The translations under genes and the position numbers were made by a program. The notes beneath the pieces were generated by a model. The model was not told the origin of the DNA, did not search any database, and saw nothing but the letters and a program-made list of their open reading frames with translations. Shown here piece by piece: positions 21,356 to 31,681 of a stretch of DNA of 64,000 nt. Positions within the stretch are counted from its first letter, which is position 1. Every line of letters starts with the position of its first letter. Origin of the DNA: Halorussus marinus (lineage in GTDB: Archaea; Halobacteriota; Halobacteria; Halobacteriales; Haladaptataceae); the NCBI RefSeq assembly GCF_004765795.1, contig NZ_SBIV01000011.1, positions 1 to 64,000 on the forward strand, read 5' to 3'.

Positions 21356-22270
21356 TCACGCATCACGCGCATCACCCCCAGCACCAGCAGCCGCTCCAGC
21401 ACCCACCGGTCCCAGCGCCGCGACATACTCCTCGATGTACTGGAGCGCCGTCGACCACGACCGGATGCGTCGCAACTGCGCATCCAGCACGCGCCACCGC
21501 CGCTCCTCATCCACAGCGAACGGTACAGCCGGGAGCCGCGACCACACATCCGCAAACGACCGCGCCGGCCCGGCACCAAGCCGCGCCGCCAGCCGCCCAC
21601 CCGGCGCACCCGTCACGTGCACCGCAAACGACGGCGTCGTCAGCACCGTCCGATGCGGCACAACCACTGAATCAGCCGGTCCATCACGCTCGCTGACCGC
21701 GAGGAACAGCTCATCGAACTCGAACCCCGACCGGTAATTATCCACGAGCGCCGCGACCAGCAACGTGTGGTACTTCAACGACGTGTACGGGTAGTACGGC
21801 GACTCGTTGAACAACGACGGCACCGTTGCATCCAGCCACGCCGCGTGCAGCGCCGTCGACTCCTCACCACTGATCACGTCGTACAACGCTCCGCCAATAT
21901 CACCGACCGGCTCCATCGCCGACGCCTGCTGCCCAGTCAACAACGACACGCGGAACCACGACTCGTGCGCATCCAGCGTCTGCTCCGGTTCTCCACACGG
22001 ACGACTGAGTAACGCTGCATCCCGATCTGCACCTAGCGGCACCGCCTCATTCACCCGCACTCCGCAGAACGACTCCGCAGCATGCTCATGCCCCCGCATT
22101 CGCGCTTTATGCACGTCATGCCGGTACACTGCGACCAACGGATCGACACTCAACCCGTCGACCTCCACTTCAGCAGCCTCCCGCTCCGAGTCCGTCCGTG
22201 ACACGAACGGCCGGATCGACTCCGTCGGCGGCTGCAACCCTTCCTCAGTCGACTCGTCAGGATCGGTCAT
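21356..22270 (-). CDS. Uncharacterised protein, likely the third HRAMP core component
   Basis: Overlaps the Cas7-like gene stop (ATGA); YPYTSLKYHTLLVAAL motif; lies between the Cas7-like and Cas5-like genes. Confidence 0.7.
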   Translation of the reverse strand: MTDPDESTEEGLQPPTESIRPFVSRTDSEREAAEVEVDGLSVDPLVAVYRHDVHKARMRGHEHAAESFCGVRVNEAVPLGADRDAALLSRPCGEPEQTLDAHESWFRVSLLTGQQASAMEPVGDIGGALYDVISGEESTALHAAWLDATVPSLFNESPYYPYTSLKYHTLLVAALVDNYRSGFEFDELFLAVSERDGPADSVVVPHRTVLTTPSFAVHVTGAPGGRLAARLGAGPARSFADVWSRLPAVPFAVDEERRWRVLDAQLRRIRSWSTALQYIEEYVAALGPVGAGAAAGAGGDARDA

Positions 22271-23223
22271 GCCGACCCACCTCCGGGCATCGACACATCA
22301 CCATCACGCGCCGCTACACGCGCCTGCAACGCCTTGACGAACGCCGGTCGGCACTCCGAGGTCCACAATTCGTCCTTCTCCTCCATCGCCTGCGTCACTG
22401 CCTGCGCACGATTGAACACCCGCCGCACCTCCCGCTCACTGTACAGCGGATTCATCACCCACGCGTCCGCGATGCCGGCACCGAAATTCCGAGCGCCGCC
22501 AACTTGGAACTCGAACTCGTCGCTGTGCGCGTCGAGGAACGACACCGCTTCTAACAGTAGCCCGACGAACTCCGGCTTCAGCTCGCGGAGCGTCAGCTTC
22601 CACGTCCCGTCAACGTTCCCGAGCACGTCACGATCCGCCTGGCGGAGCGGCTGCCCACCGTCCTCCTCGTTCCGCGACCGCACCTGATTCGAGATTTGTC
22701 GATAGTGCGCCTCCGCCTCTCCATCTAGGACATCCACCTGTCGCCGGATCGGTGAGAATGACACCGGGCGACGCAGCAACTTCCCCGGCTGATCACCGAA
22801 TCCACCGAACAAGTCGTAGACGACACATCCATCGTCGTGTTCGTCGAGACACTCACCTTTCTTGTGGTACCCCGATTCGAGGTCGCGCTCGTACACGTTC
22901 GCGCGCATGTAATCCGCGTTCGGTTCTCCCGGGTGGCACGCAGTCGCGCCAGCGATCTGGACGACTTCCTCGCACCCGTGCCGCAGCCAACCTGACAGGG
23001 TGAATGGTGAGATCTGCCCCTCGATCTGATTCATTGGATCGTCAGACTCGTACCGCTCCGCCGACGCGTGGTGCCGGTCCGTGACGATGCCATCACCAGG
23101 AGACAGCAGGTCGATTTCGAGCCCAATGTACACGTCCGGCAGCAACATCTCCTCCACTGACCGCGGCAGCTCCACCTCGACATCGAGATGTGAATCAACG
23201 AGCCCCGACTCATCCGATGTCAT
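22267..23223 (-). CDS. Diverged Cas7-group RAMP protein (HRAMP)
   Basis: PFTLSGWLRHGCE, Zn-type C..C..CVVYDLFG, PGKL, G-loop FQVGGARNFGAG. Confidence 0.8.
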   Translation of the reverse strand: MTSDESGLVDSHLDVEVELPRSVEEMLLPDVYIGLEIDLLSPGDGIVTDRHHASAERYESDDPMNQIEGQISPFTLSGWLRHGCEEVVQIAGATACHPGEPNADYMRANVYERDLESGYHKKGECLDEHDDGCVVYDLFGGFGDQPGKLLRRPVSFSPIRRQVDVLDGEAEAHYRQISNQVRSRNEEDGGQPLRQADRDVLGNVDGTWKLTLRELKPEFVGLLLEAVSFLDAHSDEFEFQVGGARNFGAGIADAWVMNPLYSEREVRRVFNRAQAVTQAMEEKDELWTSECRPAFVKALQARVAARDGDVSMPGGGSA

Positions 23224-23753
23224 CGCTCACCACCCCAGAACAACCCGCGAACTACATCACCCTCTGGGCGACTCGCACGACGCCTCGCCTCGTCACGGGA
23301 CAACTTCGCCCGCGTCTCGGACGTTTCTGGCTCCTCAATGTCCGACGCGACGTTCGCAGGTGATCCACCATCTGGGATCTTCCGAACCGACTTCGTCGCC
23401 TCCGCACTCACTCCCACCACTTCGGGATCCAACAGCACCGGCCACGACGACTGCGTAGCCCCGTCCGAGCACACTCCGATGCGGCCCTCGACAAGCAATT
23501 CCCGCACACCAAGCGTGTACTCCTTGGGAAGCTCATGACCCTCGTCACCGCACACTACGTGACCGATCTGAAACATCACCTCACCAGCCGGCCGAAACAC
23601 GTACACTGCGACCGCTTCACCCTCCCGAAGAGAAGAGCCGCACACTTGACACGTCGCGGCCCCTTCCCCGAGCGAAATATAATTTAATTGATGTATGTCT
23701 TCAATCAGTGGCCTGTCGCTACCTTCTTGGGTTTTCGAAGTTGAGTTCTTCAT
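23220..23753 (-). CDS. Hypothetical Zn-finger protein, first gene of the HRAMP operon
   Basis: CQVCG..C..H; ATGA overlap with the Cas7-like gene. Confidence 0.65.
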   Translation of the reverse strand: MKNSTSKTQEGSDRPLIEDIHQLNYISLGEGAATCQVCGSSLREGEAVAVYVFRPAGEVMFQIGHVVCGDEGHELPKEYTLGVRELLVEGRIGVCSDGATQSSWPVLLDPEVVGVSAEATKSVRKIPDGGSPANVASDIEEPETSETRAKLSRDEARRRASRPEGDVVRGLFWGGER

Positions 23754-23840
23754 GGGTTCTCGGACGGTATTCGGAACCCAGCCTGGGTGCTGCAACACCC
23801 GGGCACTTCTGTTGATCAGTGCCCAACGGCTGAGTTCGTG

Positions 23841-23892
23841 TCCATTAGTCAATCGTCCATTGGCATAAACCTTTGGACGCTTGACTAATGGA
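23841..23892. promoter_or_regulatory. 19-bp inverted repeat (18/19 match), putative operator between divergent promoters
   Basis: TCCATTAGTCAATCGTCCA-N14-TGGACGCTTGACTAATGGA; the spacer contains CATAAAC. Confidence 0.65.
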
Positions 23893-23937
23893 GGGCTATC
23901 CAGCAGTCATATGTGAAATGGCACTCACGTCAGTACT

Positions 23938-24168
23938 ATGGCCGACCGGGACCGGGACGAAGAAAGTGGGAAATTTACTGAGGAATATCCTCCCCAAGAG
24001 TTCCTAGATGCGATAGCCGAACTCGGTCCAAGTGGAACGACGGACATCTCCGATTATGTTGGCTGTGACCGTCGAACCGCCTATCTGAAATTGAAATCTC
24101 TCGAAGAGGAAGGGGAAGTTAGAAGCAGAAAAGTTGGGAATTCTCTTCTTTGGGAGCTAGCTGAATAG
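23938..24168 (+). CDS. Small winged-HTH transcriptional regulator
   Basis: GTTDISDYVGCDRRTAYLKLKSLEEEGEVRSRKVG. Confidence 0.85.
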   Translation: MADRDRDEESGKFTEEYPPQEFLDAIAELGPSGTTDISDYVGCDRRTAYLKLKSLEEEGEVRSRKVGNSLLWELAE

Positions 24169-24287
24169 TCATTTGTCCGTCGCCGTATCTGGCACAAACT
24201 CTATTCCCGGTAGAGATAAGTGCGCTCTCTCTGCAGGTTATAAGCATCTTCAGAAGCCAACGTAGGACTATCTTAAGCCTCTAACAA

Positions 24288-27164
24288 ATGAGTTCACAAC
24301 TCCCTTCAAATATCCAGCCAGGAACAGTCGTAGAAAACCGTAACAGACTCTGGAGAGTTGACGCTGTCGACGGAAACGTTGTCACGGCAACCCCCCTGGA
24401 TGGGAACACAGCTGACCGGCATCGATTCTATACGCCTGTTGAGAACATCAAGGAAGGTAGTTTAGAACCGCCAGACCCGAAGAAGCTCGGCAATCCCGAG
24501 TTTCAGCGGTTACTGAATCGGGCATATCGTCTCTCTATGCTCCACGGGACGGCCCCGCTCGTGAGCCTCCAGCGATCACGAGTAATCCCAACCGAGTACC
24601 AACTTACCCCAGTTGTGATGGCTCTCGATATGCCCCGGGTCCGGATGCTACTGGCGGACGACGTCGGTCTCGGGAAAACCATCGAGGCGGGTCTTATCAC
24701 CAGTGAGCTTATGGCTCGCAACAAGGCTGATCGAATCCTCATCATCACGCCTGCGAATCTTCGGGAACAATGGCGTGAGGCGTTCAATTACTTCTTCCAC
24801 ATCGATGCGGACATCATCAGCCGACGCCACCGAAAGGCGATGGAAAAGGAGATCCCGCCAGGAACCAGTCCGTGGGAACACTTCTCGAAGCTCATCGTCA
24901 GCATCGACTATGCGAAGCAGAATAGCGTCCGGCACGAGATTCTTGATCAAGATTGGGACCTCGTCATCATTGACGAGGCGCACCAAGCGGCGAAGCCCCA
25001 CGAATCCGGGGCGAACGAAACGGTCGATATGCAGCGCTGGGACTTTGCGACTGAGATCACCGACCACGCCGAACACTGTCTCCTCCTGACGGCTACGCCT
25101 CACAACGGGTACACGGATTCGTTCGCCAGTCTGATCCGGATGCTCGACGTCGACGCTGTCTCCGGGCCTCGACACAATCCCACTATTCATCGAGACGTTG
25201 CCCGAAAGCACGTGGTTCAACGCCGGCGAGATGACGTCAAGCAGTGGTTCTCCGATAGCGAGGGGAAGAGTCCCTTCCCGGAGCGTGACCAAGACGAGGT
25301 TCGGGTCACACCCACGGAGTACGAGAAGGAGACGTACGACGCCGTTCGGGAGTACGGTGAACTGCTGATGTCCTCCGCACAGCGTTCCAGTTCCAAGAGC
25401 CAGACACTGGCACGCTGGTCCGTTATTCACTTCCTCAAGCGAGCGCTGAGCAGTCCCGAAGCCCTCCGACGATCTCTGAAGAACCGCCAGGACAAACTCG
25501 AAGGTCGGTTGGAGGATCTTGACGAGGAAGACACCCAGACTGTAATCGAGGAAACAGCCGGAATCTCTGAGTCGATGGCACAGGCAAATGCACTCGACGA
25601 CGACCCCGGTGAAGAGTACAGCGAGGAGGAGGTCGGGGAACGAGTCGAGCGAGTCGTCACGGGTGACAAAGCCGCCATCGAACAGGAGCTGGACGTTCTC
25701 GAAGACGTCGCAGAGAAGGCGGAGCGAGTCACCAAAACCCGTGACGCAAAGCTTCAGCGGCTTCTCGACGAGACACTTCCCAATCGGTTCCAGTACCCCC
25801 GTGTCATCATCTTCACGAAGTACGTGGACACGCTGGAGTACCTCGAAGAGCAGATCAAGGACTCGCAGAGCGACGAAACAGAGGTCTTCACGCTTCACGG
25901 ATCGCTGAACGAAGCCCAGCGGAAGGAACGGTTCAAAGAGTTTGAGGACTCTACACGGGGCGTTCTCATCGCCACCGACGTGATATCGGAGGGCATGAAC
26001 CTCCAGCACGCGGCGAACCAGATCATCCACTACGAGCTGCCGTGGAACCCCAATCGTCTGGAGCAACGGAACGGCCGAATCGACCGGTATGGTCAGAAGA
26101 CCGACGAGGTCGTCATCCGAACGATGGTGGTCGAGGACCAGATGGACGTCGCCATCCTCGAAAAGCTCGTCCAGAAAGCGAACAACATCAGGCAGGAGTA
26201 CGGCTTCTCACCGCCGTACTTCGGTGACGACGAGGGTATCCTCGAACTCCTCAAAGACGAGGGGATCGACGCGGGCGTTCCACAGGCGACACTCGAAGAG
26301 TTCGGAGGCGGTTCCGCACCAGCAGAGCGTGAGAGTGCAAGCGTCTTCGACGACGAGACACTCGACCGGATTAAGTCCGAGTCCTTCTACGGACACACCG
26401 AAGTCGGACTGCAAGAGGTTCAGAAGCGCCAAGAAGAGACGCACCAGCGGATCGGCGGTCAGGGAACCCTGGAACAGTTCGTGAAGAGCGCTTTGGACTT
26501 GTTCAGTTGCTCGTACGAGATGAACGTCCAAGGCCACCTCGACATCAAGATTACTGCTGACCGGCTTCAAGGACCGGATATCGACCGAGAGTACGAGGAC
26601 GTGACGTTCGATCCGAACGAGGCGTCCCAGTCCTCGGACACGGAGATGCTCGACATCGCCCATCCGCTCGTACAGCGGCTCATCGAAGCCGTCAAAGAAA
26701 CTGCGTTGACCGACGAGGATCGCTATGGGCGGACAGCCATACGGGGAACCGATGAGGTGAGTGAGCCGACGGCAGTGTATACAGCACTGGTTCGATATGT
26801 GGCAGACACCGAGCCTGACCCAACGATTATGGAGGAGTTGGTGCAGGTCGGGTTGCCGATCTACAGGGACGAGCCCCTCAATCAGGACATCGTCGAGGCG
26901 CTGGAGGAAAGCGAAGCAAAACCGGTTCAGCTGACACAGATGGAGAAGGAAGACGATCTCGAAGCAGCACTCGGACACGAGGCGTTCGAGCAGACGCTCC
27001 AACACCGGGCGGAACAGCGCCGTGACAAGATCGTCGAACAGCGAACGGAGATGCGAACGGAGCTTGAGAAATCCGGAAGCGGAAGCTGGCTGTCCGGCAT
27101 CGACGACGTCGAGATTGCGAGTAAAGATCTGCTGACTGTCACCGTCTACTACGGAAGCAACTAA
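24288..27164 (+). CDS. SNF2-family helicase (DISARM DrmD-like)
   Basis: LADDVGLGKT, IIDEAH, LTATPH, SEGMNLQ and WNPNRLEQRNGRIDR motifs. Confidence 0.9.
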   Translation: MSSQLPSNIQPGTVVENRNRLWRVDAVDGNVVTATPLDGNTADRHRFYTPVENIKEGSLEPPDPKKLGNPEFQRLLNRAYRLSMLHGTAPLVSLQRSRVIPTEYQLTPVVMALDMPRVRMLLADDVGLGKTIEAGLITSELMARNKADRILIITPANLREQWREAFNYFFHIDADIISRRHRKAMEKEIPPGTSPWEHFSKLIVSIDYAKQNSVRHEILDQDWDLVIIDEAHQAAKPHESGANETVDMQRWDFATEITDHAEHCLLLTATPHNGYTDSFASLIRMLDVDAVSGPRHNPTIHRDVARKHVVQRRRDDVKQWFSDSEGKSPFPERDQDEVRVTPTEYEKETYDAVREYGELLMSSAQRSSSKSQTLARWSVIHFLKRALSSPEALRRSLKNRQDKLEGRLEDLDEEDTQTVIEETAGISESMAQANALDDDPGEEYSEEEVGERVERVVTGDKAAIEQELDVLEDVAEKAERVTKTRDAKLQRLLDETLPNRFQYPRVIIFTKYVDTLEYLEEQIKDSQSDETEVFTLHGSLNEAQRKERFKEFEDSTRGVLIATDVISEGMNLQHAANQIIHYELPWNPNRLEQRNGRIDRYGQKTDEVVIRTMVVEDQMDVAILEKLVQKANNIRQEYGFSPPYFGDDEGILELLKDEGIDAGVPQATLEEFGGGSAPAERESASVFDDETLDRIKSESFYGHTEVGLQEVQKRQEETHQRIGGQGTLEQFVKSALDLFSCSYEMNVQGHLDIKITADRLQGPDIDREYEDVTFDPNEASQSSDTEMLDIAHPLVQRLIEAVKETALTDEDRYGRTAIRGTDEVSEPTAVYTALVRYVADTEPDPTIMEELVQVGLPIYRDEPLNQDIVEALEESEAKPVQLTQMEKEDDLEAALGHEAFEQTLQHRAEQRRDKIVEQRTEMRTELEKSGSGSWLSGIDDVEIASKDLLTVTVYYGSN

Positions 27165-27166
27165 CG

Positions 27167-30100
27167 ATGAGTATCGATACCCCCTCCACCGAAGACGAAA
27201 CAGAATCGAGTTCCAGTACGCCACGAACCGGGTCAACGACGTTTATCAACACTAGCGGCGGCCTGCTCACGGACGAACTGGTGAGCAAACTCCGCCAGCG
27301 TCACTGTGGGGAGTCGGCCGTCCGACCGGAGACCTTTGCGTTACCGGACACGGAGCCGCCCGAAGAGGCCGACATCGAAGCGGAGATCGGGAATACGTGG
27401 GACACGCTTCGAGAGCGGTGGGACGAGCTCACGATGGACGAGACGCTGTTCCATATGGACATCTCGGACGCTCGTACGAAGTGGATCCTCAAGCTGTTCC
27501 AGAATCTCGGCTTCGAACCGGTCTTCCAGCGTGAGAATCTCGAAGCAGGCGGCATCGAGGCGAATCTCTCCCACAAGGGTTGGCCCGACGGTGACATCGA
27601 AAGCTACGGCGAGATGGAGGGGCGGACGGCTCCGATCATCCATACCGTCGAACCTGAGCAGAAGCTGGACGAGAAACCAGAGGACGCTCCCCGTGGAGCC
27701 AAAAGTCCACACGACACGCTCCAGGAGTTCCTGAACGCCAGCGACAAACACGACTGGGCCGTCGTGACCAACGGACTAACGCTCCGGATTCTTCGAGACT
27801 TCTACCACACGTACACCCGTGGGTACGTGGAGTTCGATCTGGAGAATATGTTCACGAGCCGGGATTACGGAGACTTCCGGGCGCTCTACCGGCTCTGCCA
27901 CGCCACACGGTTCATCGAGCCCGTTGTCGCCGATGATGAAGAGGATGACGTCGAAACCCCGCTGGAGCAACTGTATCAGGTCGCTCTATCAACCGGGGTC
28001 AAGGTCGGTCAAGACCTCCAGTCCAACGTCGTAAGCGCCATCGAGACGCTAGGAACTGGACTACTCAATCAGGAGATTCGAGAATACCTCGAAGAAGGTG
28101 GAGAGGAGGAAGCCAAGGAGTACTATCAGGAGGTTCTCCTGGTGGTGTATCGCCTGCTCTTCCTGATGTATGCAGAGCAACGGGGAATGATGGCTTCTCG
28201 TGATAGTCTGTACACTGACGAGTACAGCATTACGAACCTCCGTGAGAAGGCCGAAACACGCACGAACAGGAGTGACCGGAACAGCGACCTGTGGCACGGA
28301 TTGCAGTCCACGTTCCGTCTCGTCGAGAAGGGCGATGATGAACTGGGTGTCCCCTGTTACAATGGGATGCTCTTCGACTCGGATCGGTTAGAATGGGTGT
28401 CAGAAAGCGAGTGCTACAACGACGATCTCTTAGACGCAATCGAGGATCTAACGCTGATCGAACACGAGGGGACTCGCCAGCGCATCTCGTACGCCGACCT
28501 CGGCGTTGAGGAGATTGGCTCCGTCTACGAGAGCCTTCTCGAATTCACACCGAAGCTTGCAACCGAGGTTGTTGAGCTAGAAGACCGAACGGTCTCTCAC
28601 GGTGAGTTCTATCTCGATGATCGAGGAACCGAACGGAAAGAGACCGGGAGCTACTACACGGATCCCGGACTGGTACAGGAACTCGTTCAGAGTTCGCTCA
28701 AGCCCGTCGTAGAAGATCGCCTCGAAGATGCTGCCACAGCTGAGAAAAAAGAAGATGCTCTCCTCGATATCTCGGTCTGTGACCCAGCAAGCGGAAGTGG
28801 GGCGTTCCTGATAGCTGCAAACAATTTCCTCGCACAGCGACTCGCTCGTATTCGGACTGACAGTGACTATCCACCTGAAGAGCAGATACGTGAGGCACGT
28901 CGTGATGTCCTCCAGCATTGTATCTACGCCGTTGACCTCAACCCAATGGCCGTCGAACTGGCGAAGGTCAGCCTGTGGATCAATTCCGCCGTGGAAGACA
29001 AACCGCTGAACTTCCTCGACCACCACATCAAATGCGGAAACTCCCTGATTGGAACCAATTCGAAACTTCTGGAAGGAGAATTCCCCGTTGATGCGTACGA
29101 AACCGCCGGTGGCCGTGATTGGCACGTCGGGAATGAGATTCGGAAGCGGATTAGAAGCGAAAACAAGGAACGGTCTAAGGGTTCCTCAGAGTCGTCGTTG
29201 CAACAATGGGGTGCGGGCAAGGAGGAGTATGTGGATATCGCTGAACAGATTGATGAGATCGAAGAGGAAGATACGGAAGACATAGAGAAAAAGAAGGAGC
29301 TGTACGACGAACTCCAGCAGTCAGAGGCGTACCAACAAGAGAAACTCGCGTACGATATCTGGACAGCAGCGTTTTACTGGCCAATGGATGGTTCAGCGAA
29401 GGAATATCCATCCCCTTCGACAATCGAAAAAATCCGTCGTAACCCGTATCCGAATGACGAAGAGCTTCGGGATTTGATAGATATAGCTACTGAGCTTGCG
29501 GAGGAGCAGCGATTCTTCCACTGGGAACTTGAGTTCCCGGAAGTGTTCGGTGGGTCTTCATCTGGTTTTGATTGTGTCTTAGGCAATCCTCCGTGGGATA
29601 AAGTAAAAGTAGAAGAAAAAGAATGGTTTGCCGGAAAGGTTCCTGAAATAGCGGAGTCTGACTCGAAAGGGCACCGTTCACAACTTATTAATGATCTGGA
29701 AGAATCGAACTCGGATCTTTATAAGCAATGGGAGTTAGCGTCCAAACGGTCTTCCCAAACGTCCAAATTCATACGGGAATCTGGACGCTATCCGTTATCT
29801 GGATCTGGTGAAGTCAATACCTATCCCATATTTACAGAACTCTCAAACTCTGAGTTAGTAAGCGATCTTGGAAGAGTAGGGATGGTCGTCAAGACAGGTA
29901 TTGCAACAGACTATCGGACGAGAGATCTATTTGCTCATTTCGTAGAAAACAATCAGTTATCGACTTTATATAGCTTTGTTAACAGTGAAGGACTCTTCCC
30001 TGACGTTCATCCAAATGAGCGGTTTTGCCTACTCACTCTCACAGGGGACGAAAACCCAGTTTCCGAATTTGAGTTGTCATTCTATAATACAAATATCGAA

Positions 30101-31240
30101 ATGCTAAATGATAGCAATAGAAAGTATACATTAACCCCGGACCAGATAGAAGCGATAAATCCGAATACAAAGGGCTGCCCGACCTTCAAGAACAAACGTA
30201 TTAGGGATATTTCAGTTTCGATCTATGATAAATTCCCTGTATTAGTTAATGAGGAGTCAGAAAATAATCCGTGGGGATTAACATACCATCGGGTCGTCGA
30301 TATGACGGGAGATTCAGGCTTATTCGAAAATAACACGCTTGAATCTCTTCGGGAGCGAGGATATGAACTTGATAAGAACGGTATCTTCCAAAGTGACAAT
30401 CCTGCCGAGGAAAATTACCTTCCGCTATATGAGGCGAAGTATATTCATCAATTCGATCATCGTTTCGGGACTTTTGAAGGAGTCTCTAAAGACTCTCGAT
30501 TTACTCGAAGAGCCAGTACTAGGACTCCGTCTACTACAGAGAAACAGAGTGTGGATTATGAAATTGTTCCTCGATACTGGATAGAAGAGGGCGACTTTGA
30601 GAGTCTGAAATCTGAAATGAATTGGGACCGTGAATGGATATTTACCTTCCGAGATATTGCGAGAGTTACTAGCGATCAGCGGACAGCAATGGGAACAATC
30701 GCTCCTTTCTACCCATTCAGTAACAAAGCACCTGTTCTTACTTTCTCTAAGGACAGATCGGGCGAGGAGGTGGTTATTTTCACTACACTATTCACCTCAT
30801 TTGCATTTGATTTCATTCTGCGACAATCTCTCAGCGGTGCGTCAATAAACCTATATATCCTAAAACAACTCCCAATGCCTGAACCAGAGTTGCTATCAGA
30901 ATACAGTGTTGAATATGGTGGAGAGGAGCAATCTCTTGATCAGTTCCTATTTGAGCGCGGGCTCAAACTAATATGGACTTCCCACTCATTAGATCCATTA
31001 GGAAATGATGTCGAGATCGAGTCAGGGCCTTATGTGTGGGACGAAGAAGAGCGAGCCCAACTCAGAGCTGAAATCGATGCCGCAGTCTCAAAGTTATATG
31101 GACTAAACCGAAGTGACTTCGAGTATGTTTTAGAATCATTTGACATATTAGAGAAAAAACAGAGGGAAGAGTATGGTGATTATAAACAGAAGAGAAATTG
31201 CCTACGGACATATGATGAAATAGAACTAGTGAGCGACTGA
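27167..31240 (+). CDS. Large N6-adenine DNA methyltransferase (Eco57I/type IIG-like, DrmMI-like)
   Basis: RKETGSYYT, DPASGSGAF and GNPPW motifs; C-terminal TRD-like region. Confidence 0.9.
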   Translation: MSIDTPSTEDETESSSSTPRTGSTTFINTSGGLLTDELVSKLRQRHCGESAVRPETFALPDTEPPEEADIEAEIGNTWDTLRERWDELTMDETLFHMDISDARTKWILKLFQNLGFEPVFQRENLEAGGIEANLSHKGWPDGDIESYGEMEGRTAPIIHTVEPEQKLDEKPEDAPRGAKSPHDTLQEFLNASDKHDWAVVTNGLTLRILRDFYHTYTRGYVEFDLENMFTSRDYGDFRALYRLCHATRFIEPVVADDEEDDVETPLEQLYQVALSTGVKVGQDLQSNVVSAIETLGTGLLNQEIREYLEEGGEEEAKEYYQEVLLVVYRLLFLMYAEQRGMMASRDSLYTDEYSITNLREKAETRTNRSDRNSDLWHGLQSTFRLVEKGDDELGVPCYNGMLFDSDRLEWVSESECYNDDLLDAIEDLTLIEHEGTRQRISYADLGVEEIGSVYESLLEFTPKLATEVVELEDRTVSHGEFYLDDRGTERKETGSYYTDPGLVQELVQSSLKPVVEDRLEDAATAEKKEDALLDISVCDPASGSGAFLIAANNFLAQRLARIRTDSDYPPEEQIREARRDVLQHCIYAVDLNPMAVELAKVSLWINSAVEDKPLNFLDHHIKCGNSLIGTNSKLLEGEFPVDAYETAGGRDWHVGNEIRKRIRSENKERSKGSSESSLQQWGAGKEEYVDIAEQIDEIEEEDTEDIEKKKELYDELQQSEAYQQEKLAYDIWTAAFYWPMDGSAKEYPSPSTIEKIRRNPYPNDEELRDLIDIATELAEEQRFFHWELEFPEVFGGSSSGFDCVLGNPPWDKVKVEEKEWFAGKVPEIAESDSKGHRSQLINDLEESNSDLYKQWELASKRSSQTSKFIRESGRYPLSGSGEVNTYPIFTELSNSELVSDLGRVGMVVKTGIATDYRTRDLFAHFVENNQLSTLYSFVNSEGLFPDVHPNERFCLLTLTGDENPVSEFELSFYNTNIEMLNDSNRKYTLTPDQIEAINPNTKGCPTFKNKRIRDISVSIYDKFPVLVNEESENNPWGLTYHRVVDMTGDSGLFENNTLESLRERGYELDKNGIFQSDNPAEENYLPLYEAKYIHQFDHRFGTFEGVSKDSRFTRRASTRTPSTTEKQSVDYEIVPRYWIEEGDFESLKSEMNWDREWIFTFRDIARVTSDQRTAMGTIAPFYPFSNKAPVLTFSKDRSGEEVVIFTTLFTSFAFDFILRQSLSGASINLYILKQLPMPEPELLSEYSVEYGGEEQSLDQFLFERGLKLIWTSHSLDPLGNDVEIESGPYVWDEEERAQLRAEIDAAVSKLYGLNRSDFEYVLESFDILEKKQREEYGDYKQKRNCLRTYDEIELVSD

Positions 31241-31255
31241 CCTCGCTAATAGAAA

Positions 31256-31564
31256 TTATTGTTGAGGGTCAGTTCTTAGGGTTTCTAAAGGCACCCACTC
31301 TTCTTTTTCCTCACCAAAAAATTCCCACCATGTCCATCCATTTATTTCATATTCACTATTCGTAACATCTGAATTCGCTTCACGAGCGGCCCCCGATGGG
31401 GAGAATTTCTGATTATTATAAATTATATGCCCATCTCGTATTTTGGCTTGAACCGCTTCACCGGCTTGCTCACCCCGTTTATACTGGTGACGAATTACAA
31501 CTTTCCTTTCGAGTTCCTTTAGCCTTGGATGGCCATTTTCCGATGTGTAGGCCTTCTCCGACAT
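31256..31564 (-). CDS. RAMA-domain (modified-DNA reader) protein
   Basis: GHIIYNNQKFSPSGAA...NGWTWW. Confidence 0.7.
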   Translation of the reverse strand: MSEKAYTSENGHPRLKELERKVVIRHQYKRGEQAGEAVQAKIRDGHIIYNNQKFSPSGAAREANSDVTNSEYEINGWTWWEFFGEEKEEWVPLETLRTDPQQ

Positions 31565-31681
31565 AAGAGAAACTATTAAACATATCTTCTTAAGCAATTC
31601 GTCAAGTGGCCTTCCTAGAGCACCCCCCGTCGACAAGAAGCAACATCAATTACCCTTGCCCTCGTAAAGGAAGTTAGTATC

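Noticed and set aside
20077..21737. Long + strand ORFs (256, 287 and 182 aa) over the HRAMP region
   Set aside because: Arg/Pro/His-rich, non-acidic antisense shadows of GC-rich genes.
24648..27236. 472-aa and 342-aa - strand ORFs
   Set aside because: Antisense shadows of the SNF2 gene with no recognisable motifs.
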